64,000 bases of DNA, from the NCBI GenBank assembly GCA_963798845.1, contig CAWCUS010000001.1, positions 352,001 to 416,000 on the forward strand, given 5' to 3'. The notes under the pieces were generated by a model, which saw only the letters and a program-made list of their open reading frames with translations, had not been told where the DNA came from and ran no database searches. Numbering within the stretch: the first letter of the stretch is position 1; the number at the start of each line of letters is the position of its first letter. Both the position numbers and the translations under genes were made by a program. Of this stretch, positions 45,973 to 55,052 are shown one piece after another. Source of the DNA: an uncultured Gemmatimonadales bacterium (lineage in GTDB: Bacteria > Gemmatimonadota > Gemmatimonadetes > Longimicrobiales > RSA9).

Positions 45973-46510
45973 GGCCCACTCCCTGGCGGGGCGACGAAGG
46001 CAGCCGCCGCTCGAGCAGCTGCTCAAGCTCCTCGTCGCCGAGACCGCCGTCCAGGGCAATGATCCTCCCTTCCGGTCCCACCAGCAGCTTGGACGGAAGC
46101 GCATGGATGCGGTACGCGCTCCCCACCGGTCCCCGCGCCGGCCACCCCTCGCCGGCGTACGCCTGCGCCCACGGCATCGGCTGCCTCGTCAGGAACGAAC
46201 GCACCGTGTCGCGCGACACGTCGAACGACACGGTCACGATCCGGAATCCCCGCTCCGCGAACCGGTCGTGGAGCTCGCGCAGGTGGGGGATCTCGGCCAC
46301 GCACGGCTTCCACCACCCGGTCCAGGTACGCCGCCGCCCTCGCCGCCGCCGTGTCGCCCGCCGTGCCCCCAGCCTCACCGGCCGCGACACTCCCCGTCGA
46401 GCCCGCGCCCGTCGACAGCTCGCCGGCGTACCAGACCAGGCTGGCGGTCTCCGTGGGATCCGCCGCCCAGATGCGCGCCCCCGGCGCCACTTCCTCCAGG
46501 ACGCGCGTGA
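45962..46510 (-). pseudogene. TlpA-like thiol-disulfide oxidoreductase remnant
   Basis: ..WWKPCVAEIPHLRELHDRF..GFRIVTVSFD..YRIHALPSKLLVGPEG; first Cys of CxxC and upstream strand absent; upstream protein-like segment is in another frame. Confidence 0.65.
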
Positions 46511-46816
46511 GCGGTTTCCCGCCCGGGTTCCGAAAGACGCGTATGTCGGTACGGGTTCGCTGGCGGCTCCGATCGCTGGAGCGATGCGGGAGGGGTCGAG
46601 CCGCGCATGGGGCCTCGGGAACCGCCCGGGTCTCTTCATGGAACGATCGAACGCTTGCGGATCTTACGTCACGCGTCCTGACGCCATGGACGAGCAGCGG
46701 CGAGGTGTCGCCCCACCGCGAGTGGTGGGAGCGGGGGAGCCGACCGGAACGTGAATGCCCGGAGCGCCTGCCAGCGCTCCTCCCTGGAGGCACCGTCCGC
46801 GCCCCCCCGCCGCCGG

Positions 46817-47305
46817 TCATCGGTAGGGGGGTTCGTCGCCGCGCTTCAGGAAGACCAGGATCAGGCCCGTCGAGCTCCTGGCGTAGCCGGGGCGGGTGGT
46901 CACGCCCTGGGGATACACCTCGACGGAAGCCACGTCCCGGGGCGCGATGTCGCCGAGGGCGCACGTGCCGGTCGTTCTCGTCCCGTCCACGTAGACCACC
47001 GGAGAGGAGAGGGGCCCCGGCAAGCGGCTCCCTCTCAGCACGATGGCGGGGCAGGTCGGCCTGTCGACGACCCGGGTGCTGGGGATGCGGACGCGGAGCG
47101 CTTCCAGCAGGGTCGGATACGATGCCACGTCCCCGCCCAGGAGGACGGCCGCGGCCAGCCTCGCACCGGCGATCCCGCCGGACTCCGGCGAGCCCGCCGC
47201 TGCGGGTGCGCAACCTGGCAGAGGCGCGGCGAGGGCGAGCACGCCGACGAACGCAAGGGCGGTGTATCCGGCTGATTGGTGGGGCGCGGCTCGAGACGGG
47301 ATCAT
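46817..47305 (-). CDS. Standalone TonB-Plug-like lipoprotein
   Basis: Lipobox LPGC; PVVYVDG..DIAPRDVASVEVY..GLILVFLK. Confidence 0.75.
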   Translation of the reverse strand: MIPSRAAPHQSAGYTALAFVGVLALAAPLPGCAPAAAGSPESGGIAGARLAAAVLLGGDVASYPTLLEALRVRIPSTRVVDRPTCPAIVLRGSRLPGPLSSPVVYVDGTRTTGTCALGDIAPRDVASVEVYPQGVTTRPGYARSSTGLILVFLKRGDEPPYR

Positions 47306-47499
47306 GACGGCCTCCGGGTGTGGGGTTCCGCAGCTTGAGCGGGGCGGGCCGGCGTTGCTCCGCCCCCGGTGCGCGGGTACATTGGCCTGCAGCCCCCAAC
47401 GATCAGTCAGCGAACGCTCAACGCCGGTTGATCGGCTGCCTGACTCTCGCCCCAGGTCAGTGCTCGCGCTCCTGACCGGATCGCCAGAGCGCCCCTCGC

Positions 47500-49905
47500 A
47501 TGGTCTTCCTCAGGCTTTTCGCCGGCGCGTCGCTCGAGAGCGACGGCGAGGCGCTGAGCGGCCCGGCCGCCCAGCGGCACCGGCTCGCGCTGCTGGCCCT
47601 CCTGTGCGTGTCCCACCCGCGCTCCCTCAGCCGCGACAAGCTGATGGGCTACCTCTGGCCCGAGCGGGATGACCGGAGCGCCCGGAAGCTGCTGAACCAG
47701 TCACTTCACGTGTTGCGGAAGGCCCTCGGGGAGGATGCGATCGTTTCGGCGGGAGATGAGGTGGGCATCGCTTCGCCACCGCTGGAATGCGACGTCCTGG
47801 CGTTCCGGGAGGCGCTGGCATCCGGTGATCCATTACGCGCCGCCGAGCTGTACCCGGGCCCGCTGCTGGACGGCTTCTTCCTCGGCAACGCGCCCGACTT
47901 CGAGCACTGGCTCGACCGGGAGCGGGAGCGGCTCCGCAGGGAATGGCGAGGAGCACTCGCGGAGGTGGCGGAACGGAACCTCGCCGCCGGGGATGGGGTC
48001 GGCGCGGGGGAGTGCTGGCGCCAGCTGCTCGTGGACGACCCCTACGACGCGAAGGCCACGGTCGGCCTCATGGAGGCGCTGGACTCGGTCGGGGACCGGG
48101 CCGGTGCCATCCGCCAGGCCCGCCTGCACGAGATCCTCCTCCAGGAAGAGTTCGGGGCCGAGCCCGACCCCGCCGTCCGCGCCCTCGCCGCACGGATCCG
48201 CGCCGCGGAGAGCCTCGAGGCGCCGCGCTCGCCGGTGGCGGGGCCGCCTGTCGGAGATCCGGCCGGCGCCGCGGAGCCCGAGGGCGGCTCCACAGCCGGC
48301 GCTCCGCCGCCCGCCGGGGCTGGCGGCGCCGGATTCGACGTGACGCCTCCCTCGCCGGACTCACGGCTCCCCAGGCGACGACGGTGGCGGACGGTGGCGG
48401 GGGTCGCATCCGTAGTGATCGTGCTGGGGCTCCTGGCGTGGGCCGCCGGGCGCGCGCGCGCAAGCGACCCGGTCGAGATCCGGCGCATCGCCGTTCTCCC
48501 GCTCGCGAACCTCACGGGCGACCCGCAGCAGGACCACTTCGTGGCGGGAATGCACGACGCGCTGATCTCGGAGCTGGCCAAGGTCGGCTCCCTGGTCGTT
48601 CTCTCCCGGCAGTCCGTGCTTCGCTACCAGGGCAGCACCGAGCCGCTGCCGGCCATCGCGAAGGAGCTGAGCGCGGACGCCATCCTGGAAGGCGCGGTGT
48701 TCCAGGCCGGTGACACCGTCCGCATCACCGTGCAGCTGGTACGCGCGCACCCCGAGCGGCAGCTGATCTCCAGGACGTTCACCGGCCCCCTGGGCCGCGC
48801 GCTGGCGCTTCAGGGGACGGTGGCGCGCACCGTGGCCGAGGCGACCCGTGCACGGGTGACCTTCACCGAGCGAGCCCGGATGGCCAGCGCGCGAGCCGTC
48901 GATCCGGCTGCCCAGGAGGCGTACCTGTCAGGGCTGTACCACCTGGAGCGCGCCACGAACGGCCAGGACCTGACGTACGCCGAGCAGGGGGCTGAGGTCC
49001 GGCACGCCATCGCCGACCTGGAGGAGGCCGTGGCGCTGGATTCCACCTGGGCCACGGCCTACGCGAAGCTCGCCTACGCCGACCACTGGATGGCGAGCGG
49101 CGAGTGGGAAGACCCCGACGGCTTCTTCCGGAAGTCGAAGACCGCCGCGCTGCGCGCCATCGCCCTGGACGACACTGAATCACAGGCGTTCGCTTCCCTC
49201 GGGTTCGTGCTGCTCTATCACGAGCTCGACTGGGAAGGCGCGGAGCGGGCGATCCGACGGGCGAACGAGCTCGACCCGAACTCGCACCACTGGATCTACG
49301 CCATCTTCCTGAAGGCCATCGGCCGACACGATGAAGCGCTGGCGGAATTCCACAAGGCGCAGGAGCGGAACCCGGCGTCCGACGCCCTCAAGGCGCAGGT
49401 CGCGTGGGAATACGGGTGTGCCGGCCGCCATGACGACGCCATCGCCGAAGCCAGGGAGCTGCACGCCCGCGTAGCGGCGCCCGCGCGCGTGGACAGGTAC
49501 GTGCTCGGGGACACGACCTGGCTGCTGAGCATGATCGCCATCCAGTACACGCTCGCGGGCACGTACGACCGCGCCATCGACGCCGCGCAACGGCTCGTCA
49601 CCCTCACCGACACGACGCTCGGAGGTCCCGAGCTGGCGTTCGCCCTCGGCATGGCCGGGCGGCGCGACGAAGCACGCTCGATCATAGCGGGCCTCGACGA
49701 GGACTGGGAGCGCGGCTTCGACCGCCTGCAGCCCGAGGTCTTCCTCGCCCTGGGCGACACCGGGCGCGCCGTCGCACGGGCGGCCGCGCGCATCCGGCAG
49801 CACCCCGGAAGCATGGTGCTCCTCCGGTGCGCCCCGGTTTACCAGCTGCTGCGAGGCAGTCCGCAAATCGAGGAGCGGCTGAAGCCGATCGGCTACCCCG
49901 ACTGA
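47500..49905 (+). CDS. BTAD/SARP-type regulator with TM segment, TolB-N-like domain and TPRs
   Basis: LSRDKLMGYLWPE..LRKALG, CDVLAF, LLDGF..FEHWLDRER; IAVLPLANL..GMHDALISEL; TPRs. Confidence 0.88.
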   Translation: MVFLRLFAGASLESDGEALSGPAAQRHRLALLALLCVSHPRSLSRDKLMGYLWPERDDRSARKLLNQSLHVLRKALGEDAIVSAGDEVGIASPPLECDVLAFREALASGDPLRAAELYPGPLLDGFFLGNAPDFEHWLDRERERLRREWRGALAEVAERNLAAGDGVGAGECWRQLLVDDPYDAKATVGLMEALDSVGDRAGAIRQARLHEILLQEEFGAEPDPAVRALAARIRAAESLEAPRSPVAGPPVGDPAGAAEPEGGSTAGAPPPAGAGGAGFDVTPPSPDSRLPRRRRWRTVAGVASVVIVLGLLAWAAGRARASDPVEIRRIAVLPLANLTGDPQQDHFVAGMHDALISELAKVGSLVVLSRQSVLRYQGSTEPLPAIAKELSADAILEGAVFQAGDTVRITVQLVRAHPERQLISRTFTGPLGRALALQGTVARTVAEATRARVTFTERARMASARAVDPAAQEAYLSGLYHLERATNGQDLTYAEQGAEVRHAIADLEEAVALDSTWATAYAKLAYADHWMASGEWEDPDGFFRKSKTAALRAIALDDTESQAFASLGFVLLYHELDWEGAERAIRRANELDPNSHHWIYAIFLKAIGRHDEALAEFHKAQERNPASDALKAQVAWEYGCAGRHDDAIAEARELHARVAAPARVDRYVLGDTTWLLSMIAIQYTLAGTYDRAIDAAQRLVTLTDTTLGGPELAFALGMAGRRDEARSIIAGLDEDWERGFDRLQPEVFLALGDTGRAVARAAARIRQHPGSMVLLRCAPVYQLLRGSPQIEERLKPIGYPD

Positions 49906-49917
49906 CCCCCGCGCCCC

Positions 49918-50634
49918 CTACCAGATCCCGGGCACCAGCCTCGCCGGCGTCCGGTCGGCATACGCGCCGTAGCCGGCCAGGCCGCCGCGGAGCATCCGGT
50001 CCTCCCTGGCCGTGCGCAGCACGATGGCGGCGGCCACGGCCAGCGCGGGGATGAGCGCCCATGCGGAGTCGAGGAGGATCGGCGTGGCGATGGTGGCGAG
50101 GAACGAGGCGGCGTAGGCCGGGTGGCGGACGAGGGCGTACGGGCCGGTGGCCACCACCCGCTGTCCGCGGTCGTCCTGGATGCGCGCCACGGCGGAGAAC
50201 CACCGGTTCACGGCCATGGCCCAGGCGGCGAACGCGAGGGCGGCGGCGATGACCACGGCGGAGGCGAGCTGGACGGCGAGGAGCCCGGGGGGCGACCAGG
50301 CGAAGCGGTGGTCCAGGCCGGCCGTCGCCAGGACGACGACGGGGCCGAGCACGACCGCGGCCACCAGCGCCCGGTCCCCGGGCTGCACCCGCTCCACGCT
50401 CGCGAACCGGGCGCGCTCCACGAGGGTGTCGGGGCTGCGCACCGCGATCACCGCGCGGCTGGCGACGGAGCCCGCGGTCATCAGGGCGACGTACAGCCAC
50501 GCCAACGGCCAGCGCACGGTGCCGGCCAGGAGGAACAGGAGGGCGGGCACGGCCACGAGGAACACGGCGAACCCGATCATGGACTTCGCCAGCTGTCCGC
50601 GCGCCGGCCGCATCGCCGTGGCGCTTCCTTCCAT
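49918..50634 (-). CDS. Isoprenylcysteine carboxylmethyltransferase-family membrane protein
   Basis: NRWFS..RIQDDRGQRVVATGPYALVRHPAY, REDRML. Confidence 0.9.
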   Translation of the reverse strand: MEGSATAMRPARGQLAKSMIGFAVFLVAVPALLFLLAGTVRWPLAWLYVALMTAGSVASRAVIAVRSPDTLVERARFASVERVQPGDRALVAAVVLGPVVVLATAGLDHRFAWSPPGLLAVQLASAVVIAAALAFAAWAMAVNRWFSAVARIQDDRGQRVVATGPYALVRHPAYAASFLATIATPILLDSAWALIPALAVAAAIVLRTAREDRMLRGGLAGYGAYADRTPARLVPGIW

Positions 50635-50687
50635 GAGACCCTCCGTCGTGAATGTCGGGGGGCGCCCGCCGGTGGGTCCAATCTACA

Positions 50688-51486
50688 TCACGGATTCGTC
50701 GCGAACAGGAAGGCGGCGCCGGGCCCGGTATAGAGCCAGAGGTGCTCCTCGGGGATGCCCACCTGGCGGGCGAACGCCTCCACCGGGCGGCGCTCCACCG
50801 TGGGGGCGTCGAAGCCGGCGTCGCGGGCGAGGGCGAGGAGCGTGTCGTCGTCGTAGAAGCGGACGCGAGAGACGATGGGCTCGGGCGCGGCGGGCGTGTC
50901 CTTCCACGCGGGGTCGCTCCCCTCCACCATGAGCCGGCCGCCCGGGGCGAGCACGCGCCGCATCTCCGCGAGCGCTGCCACCGGGTCGGGGAGGAAGCCG
51001 TTAGAGCGGGTCGCGGTACGTGGCTCGGGCGTCGGACCCGGACGGGCGGCGCGCGCGCCGGTCGGTGATCCAGTCGCCCAGCCCGGCAGGGGACGACGCG
51101 GCCAGCAGCGGCGCCGCCACAGACTGCGCCAGCCACCCCAGCGGCTCCTCCCCCTCGCCCAGCACGCCCAGCCAGCCGTGCTGCTCGAGGACGATCCGGG
51201 CGACCCCGCCGTCGCCCGCTTCCGACCGGATCTCCACCTCCCCGGCGACGTCCGGGCTCCACGGGGCCGGGCGCCAGGCCAGCACCGCGCGACGTCCCGG
51301 CTCCCACGCGGTTACGGTCCCGACCTCCGCGTCGCCGGCGAGGATGCGGCCGCCGGGCCCGGGGGCATCGAAGCGGAGCCCGCGGGCATCGAGGGCGGCG
51401 GCGAGCTCCTGGAGGAACGCGCCGAACGCAGCGCCAGGGTCGAGGTGCAGCTCGGTGACGATGCGGACAATGGGTGGTGACGTCAT
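50688..51486 (-). pseudogene. SRPBCC-like + class I methyltransferase gene with internal deletion
   Basis: N-part ends ..YRDPL-stop at 51001; next frame resumes GFLPDPVAALAEMRRVLAPGGRL; SAM-binding GxGxG region absent. Confidence 0.7.
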
Positions 51487-53276
51487 GGCGAGTGTGTTGC
51501 GAGCCGTTCCATCAACCGACGTCCGCGCGGCGACTCGACCAGCTTTGGACCCATGAGCGCGGGGAGCACGGGCACGTAGATCGTGCTTGCCTCGGGACCG
51601 TCGGCGGTGGCTTCGAGGTACGACATCGCAGCGTCGTCTCCCAGAGACTTGCGGGCGGCGAGGAAGCGCAGAAAAACGTTCGAAAGGCCGCCGGTGTCCC
51701 GGGCCCCCTCGAGCCACCACGCGTCGGCGCCGTCCTCGGCCAGCGCCCGCAGGACGGCGCTTCGCCGCCCGGGGTCGCGCAGCGCCTGGGCCGCCTGCGT
51801 GGCCTTCGCCGAGTCCTGGCCCGCGATCCGCAACCCCGCCTCCAGGTGCTCCGCCGCCGAACTCCACCGATCGAGCACGACGTCGAACGCGAACGCCCAC
51901 GCGCGCACGAGAGGATTGGCTGGATGGAGCGCAACGGCGCGGTCCATCTCGGCGATGGCGTCGTCGTAGCGGGCCACCATCATGAGCGACTGCGCCGTTT
52001 CCGCCATGATGGCGGGCGCGACGGGGTCCAGCGACACGGCGATCTCCATCTGCTCGAGGGCCGCCTTTCCGTCGCGCGCCTCCATGAGCAGGTCGGCCAG
52101 CCAGTGATGGGCCGTGGCGTAGCCGGGATTCAGGGCGATCGCGCGGCGGAACGCACGCTCCGCCTCCTTCCGCTCCCCGCGCGCCCGGTAGGCGTCCCCT
52201 AGGGCCGTGTAGGCAGCCGCCTGGGTCGGGTCGAGCGCCAGCGCGCGGTTCGCGGCCGCCTCGGCGCTGTCGAGCGCCTCCTCCTGCGTGATCCCCGGCA
52301 CCGCATACTCCGATGGCGTATGGAGGACGTACGCCAGCGCCAACCCTGACCACGCCTCGGCATAGGCGGAGTCGGCCTGCACGGCCCGCCGGAACCACTG
52401 CGCCGCGGCCACGATGTCCGCCGTGGTCCGCAGCGTCCAGTGGTGCAGTCCCAGGAAATACGCGTCCTGCGCCGTCGGGTCCCGCGACCCGGCGTGGACG
52501 ATAGGGTCATCGCCCACGAGTCGGATCCGCAGCGCGTCGACGATCCGCCGCGCCACCTCGTCCTGGAGCGCGAACAGGTCGGACGCGCCGGCTTCCCGGT
52601 CGAAGCGCTCGGACCAGAGGGCCAGGCCCGAGCGGGCGTCGGTCAGGTCCGCCGTGACCCGGATCCGGTCCCCCAGCTGGGCGACGCTCCCTTCCAGCAC
52701 CGTGGCCACCCCCAGCCGGCCGGCGATCTCCCGCACGTCCAGCCCCGCCTGCCGGAACTGGAACGCCGACGTCCGCGCCACCACGCGCAGGCCCTCGACC
52801 CCGGCCAGGCTGTTGATGAGCGTCTCCGCGATGCCGTCGCCCAGGTATGCCCGGTCGCGCCCCGGGCTCAGGTCCGTGAACGGGAGAACCACGAGCGAGC
52901 GCGGGGCGGCCGCGTCGACCGCCGGGCCGAACGCCCCAGCCGCCTCGGCCCGCCCGGCCGCGACGTCGCCCCGCACGACCACGCCGGCGGCGCCCAGGCC
53001 CACCACACCGAGACCGGCCAGAAGCAGGAGCTCCATGGCCTCGACACGCTGAGCGCCTCGCTCCCCATGGAACCACGCCAGCACCACCGTGACCGGGAAA
53101 CCCGTGGCCAGCAGGACGAACGCGATCCTCCCCACCGTGTCCGGCCACCCCCATGTGCCGCCGAGCGTGGTCACCACCTCCAGCGTCAGCCACGCGCCAG
53201 CGGCGTAGCCGAGCGTCCACCGGCCCAGGTGGCGCCTGCGGATGCCGTCGGAGAGGTCCAGGATCCTGCGTGTCAC
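51483..53276 (-). CDS. Membrane-anchored TolB-N-like/TPR protein
   Basis: N-terminal TMs (RRRHLGRWTLGYAAGAW..GFPVTVVLAWFH), LVVLPFTDLS..VVARTSAF, TPRs; start uncertain (53276 or 53363). Confidence 0.82.
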   Translation of the reverse strand: MTRRILDLSDGIRRRHLGRWTLGYAAGAWLTLEVVTTLGGTWGWPDTVGRIAFVLLATGFPVTVVLAWFHGERGAQRVEAMELLLLAGLGVVGLGAAGVVVRGDVAAGRAEAAGAFGPAVDAAAPRSLVVLPFTDLSPGRDRAYLGDGIAETLINSLAGVEGLRVVARTSAFQFRQAGLDVREIAGRLGVATVLEGSVAQLGDRIRVTADLTDARSGLALWSERFDREAGASDLFALQDEVARRIVDALRIRLVGDDPIVHAGSRDPTAQDAYFLGLHHWTLRTTADIVAAAQWFRRAVQADSAYAEAWSGLALAYVLHTPSEYAVPGITQEEALDSAEAAANRALALDPTQAAAYTALGDAYRARGERKEAERAFRRAIALNPGYATAHHWLADLLMEARDGKAALEQMEIAVSLDPVAPAIMAETAQSLMMVARYDDAIAEMDRAVALHPANPLVRAWAFAFDVVLDRWSSAAEHLEAGLRIAGQDSAKATQAAQALRDPGRRSAVLRALAEDGADAWWLEGARDTGGLSNVFLRFLAARKSLGDDAAMSYLEATADGPEASTIYVPVLPALMGPKLVESPRGRRLMERLATHSP

Positions 53277-53499
53277 GATCGGCGGGGGTTCGGGGAGGCG
53301 AACGTCCCAAGATGAAACCGACTCGCCGCCCCCGCCATGGGGTCGTCCTGGAGCGCGTAGCATGGCAGCAGAAATGTCGTACTCCCATTGCAGCAGAAAT
53401 GTCGCACTCTGGAGTTCTGAGGCGGCTGGGGTCCGCCGTACGTGGTAACCGGTCCGGCGGTGCGGTGTGAGAGTGGGAGCGGGTTGACGCCGGGGGGTC

Positions 53500-53529
53500 T
53501 TGACGGAGTATAGCGATATGTCGCATAGT
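53500..53529 (+). promoter_or_regulatory. Putative padR promoter with overlapping palindromic operator
   Basis: TTGACG-18nt-CATAGT enclosing the imperfect palindrome GCGATATGTCGC. Confidence 0.55.
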
Positions 53530-53592
53530 TCTGGTATCGACGCGAGGGATGCGCCGAGGGGAACGACGTCCGCACAGAAACCGGAGGCAGCG

Positions 53593-54159
53593 ATGGGACC
53601 GAGAGGCAACGATTACGGCTGGAGCGCGTGGGCCAACATGTGCGGCCCGGGGTTCCACTTCGGGCGGGGGGGGCACCGGCGCCGGCGGGTGTTCCGGCGC
53701 GGGGACCTGAAGTACATGGTGCTGGGGCTTCTGGAAGAGCAGCCGATGCACGGGTACGAGGTGATGCAGCGTCTGGAGGAGGAGTCGGGCGGGTACTATT
53801 CGGCGAGTCCCGGCTCGGTCTATCCGGTGCTCCAGATGCTGGAGGACCAGGGGTACGTGCGGGGGGAAGAGCGGGAGGGGAAGAAGGTGTACGAGATCAC
53901 GGAGGACGGGAAGGCGTTCCTGCACGAGCACCGGGACCGTGTGGAGGACGTGTCGGACCGGGTGGAGGACTTCGCGTCGATGTTCGGCGGGCGCGGGATG
54001 GGGGACCTGACGCGTACATTCGTGCGCCTGGCGCAGGCCAGCTTCGAGCGGGCGATGGACGCGGCCGGTGATCCGGAGAAGGTGGCGGGGCTGAGGGAAG
54101 TACTGGAACGGGCGACGCGGGAGGTGGAGTCGTCCCGGGAACGTTCGAAGCAGGGCTGA
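53593..54159 (+). CDS. PadR-family transcriptional regulator
   Basis: RGDLKYMVLGLLEEQPMHGYEVM..SPGSVYPVLQMLEDQG..KKVYEITEDG. Confidence 0.93.
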   Translation: MGPRGNDYGWSAWANMCGPGFHFGRGGHRRRRVFRRGDLKYMVLGLLEEQPMHGYEVMQRLEEESGGYYSASPGSVYPVLQMLEDQGYVRGEEREGKKVYEITEDGKAFLHEHRDRVEDVSDRVEDFASMFGGRGMGDLTRTFVRLAQASFERAMDAAGDPEKVAGLREVLERATREVESSRERSKQG

Positions 54160-54187
54160 GGACCGAAACGCAGGAGAGGAGGCAAGC

Positions 54188-54538
54188 GTGCCCGAGTGGT
54201 TGATCATCGGCCTCGTGATCTGGTTCGTCTTCAACGTCCGCGGGCGGCGTCGCCGCTGGCGGCGGATGGTGCAGAGCCAGAATGGCGACGACTGGCTGTA
54301 CGTGGGCGGCCCGTGGGGCGGGGGCCGCTGGGGCGGAGGCTGGCGCCGCGGGTCGCTCCCGGGTGAGCGAATGGAGAGGGAGCTGCCAACGGCCGCGCGA
54401 TCCGGTCGGGTGGCGGCGCCCCGCCCGCCGGAGACGGCCGAGGAGCGACTGCGGCGCGAGTTCGTGGAAGGGAAGCTGACCATGGAGGAATACGAGTCCC
54501 GGCTCTGGCAGGAGCTGAGGCCGAGGGGCGGCGCGTAG
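54188..54538 (+). CDS. Small membrane protein with C-terminal SHOCT-like domain
   Basis: N-terminal TM; ETAEERLRREFVEGKLTMEEYE; AGGAGG RBS. Confidence 0.75.
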   Translation: MPEWLIIGLVIWFVFNVRGRRRRWRRMVQSQNGDDWLYVGGPWGGGRWGGGWRRGSLPGERMERELPTAARSGRVAAPRPPETAEERLRREFVEGKLTMEEYESRLWQELRPRGGA

Positions 54539-54770
54539 GCGGGGAGGGCTCGGCCTTGCGGCCTCGCAGAGGGGCGCGCCGCAGGCGCGCAGAGGGGCTC
54601 GCTTCGCTCGCAGAGGGGCGCCGCGGAGCGGCGCAGAGGGGCTCGCTTCGCTCGCAGAGGGGCGCCGCGGAGCGGCGCAGAGGGGCTCGCTTCGCTCGCA
54701 GAGGGGCTCGCTTCGCTCGCAGAGGGGCGCCGCGGAGCGGCGCAGAGGGGCTCGGCCTCGCGGCCTCGCA
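54535..54770. repeat. Modular array: 10 short palindromic or repeat modules separated by AGAGGG
   Basis: Modules GCTCGCTTCGCTCGC x4, GCGCCGCGGAGCGGCGC x3, others; starts GTAGGCGGGGAGGG. Confidence 0.92.
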
Positions 54771-54839
54771 ACGGCTCCGCCCCTGATGGGCGTCGCAATC
54801 GCGCTCGGCTCTGCCTCGCGTCGCACTGCTGCGCAGCGC

Positions 54840-54999
54840 CTGCGAGACGAAGTCGAGCCCCTCTGCGAGACGAAGTCGAGCCCCTCTGCGAGACGAAGTC
54901 GAGCCCCTCTGCGAGACGAAGTCGAGCCCCTCTGCGAGACGAAGTCGAGCCCCTCTGCGAGACGAAGTCGAGCCCCTCTGCGAGACGAAGTCGAGCCCC
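54840..54999. repeat. Seven tandem 23-bp units CTGCGAGACGAAGTCGAGCCCCT
   Basis: Perfect units without spacers; inverted relative to the 54535-54770 array. Confidence 0.95.
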
Positions 55000-55052
55000 G
55001 ATCTTGCACAAGCCCCCGCCCGGATGTGGAACAACCGAGCGGGGGCCGAGTC

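Noticed and set aside
46295..46325. Selenocysteine UxxC motif in the TlpA remnant
   Set aside because: The codon is TGG, not TGA; a deletion explains it better
54535..54999. CRISPR array
   Set aside because: No unique spacers (units abut or modules recur), units are only 21-23 bp in total, and there are no cas genes
54786..55052. N-terminal extension of the ABC1 kinase encoded by the 23-bp array
   Set aside because: Translation merely cycles through the repeat's frames; family-like start is at 55053
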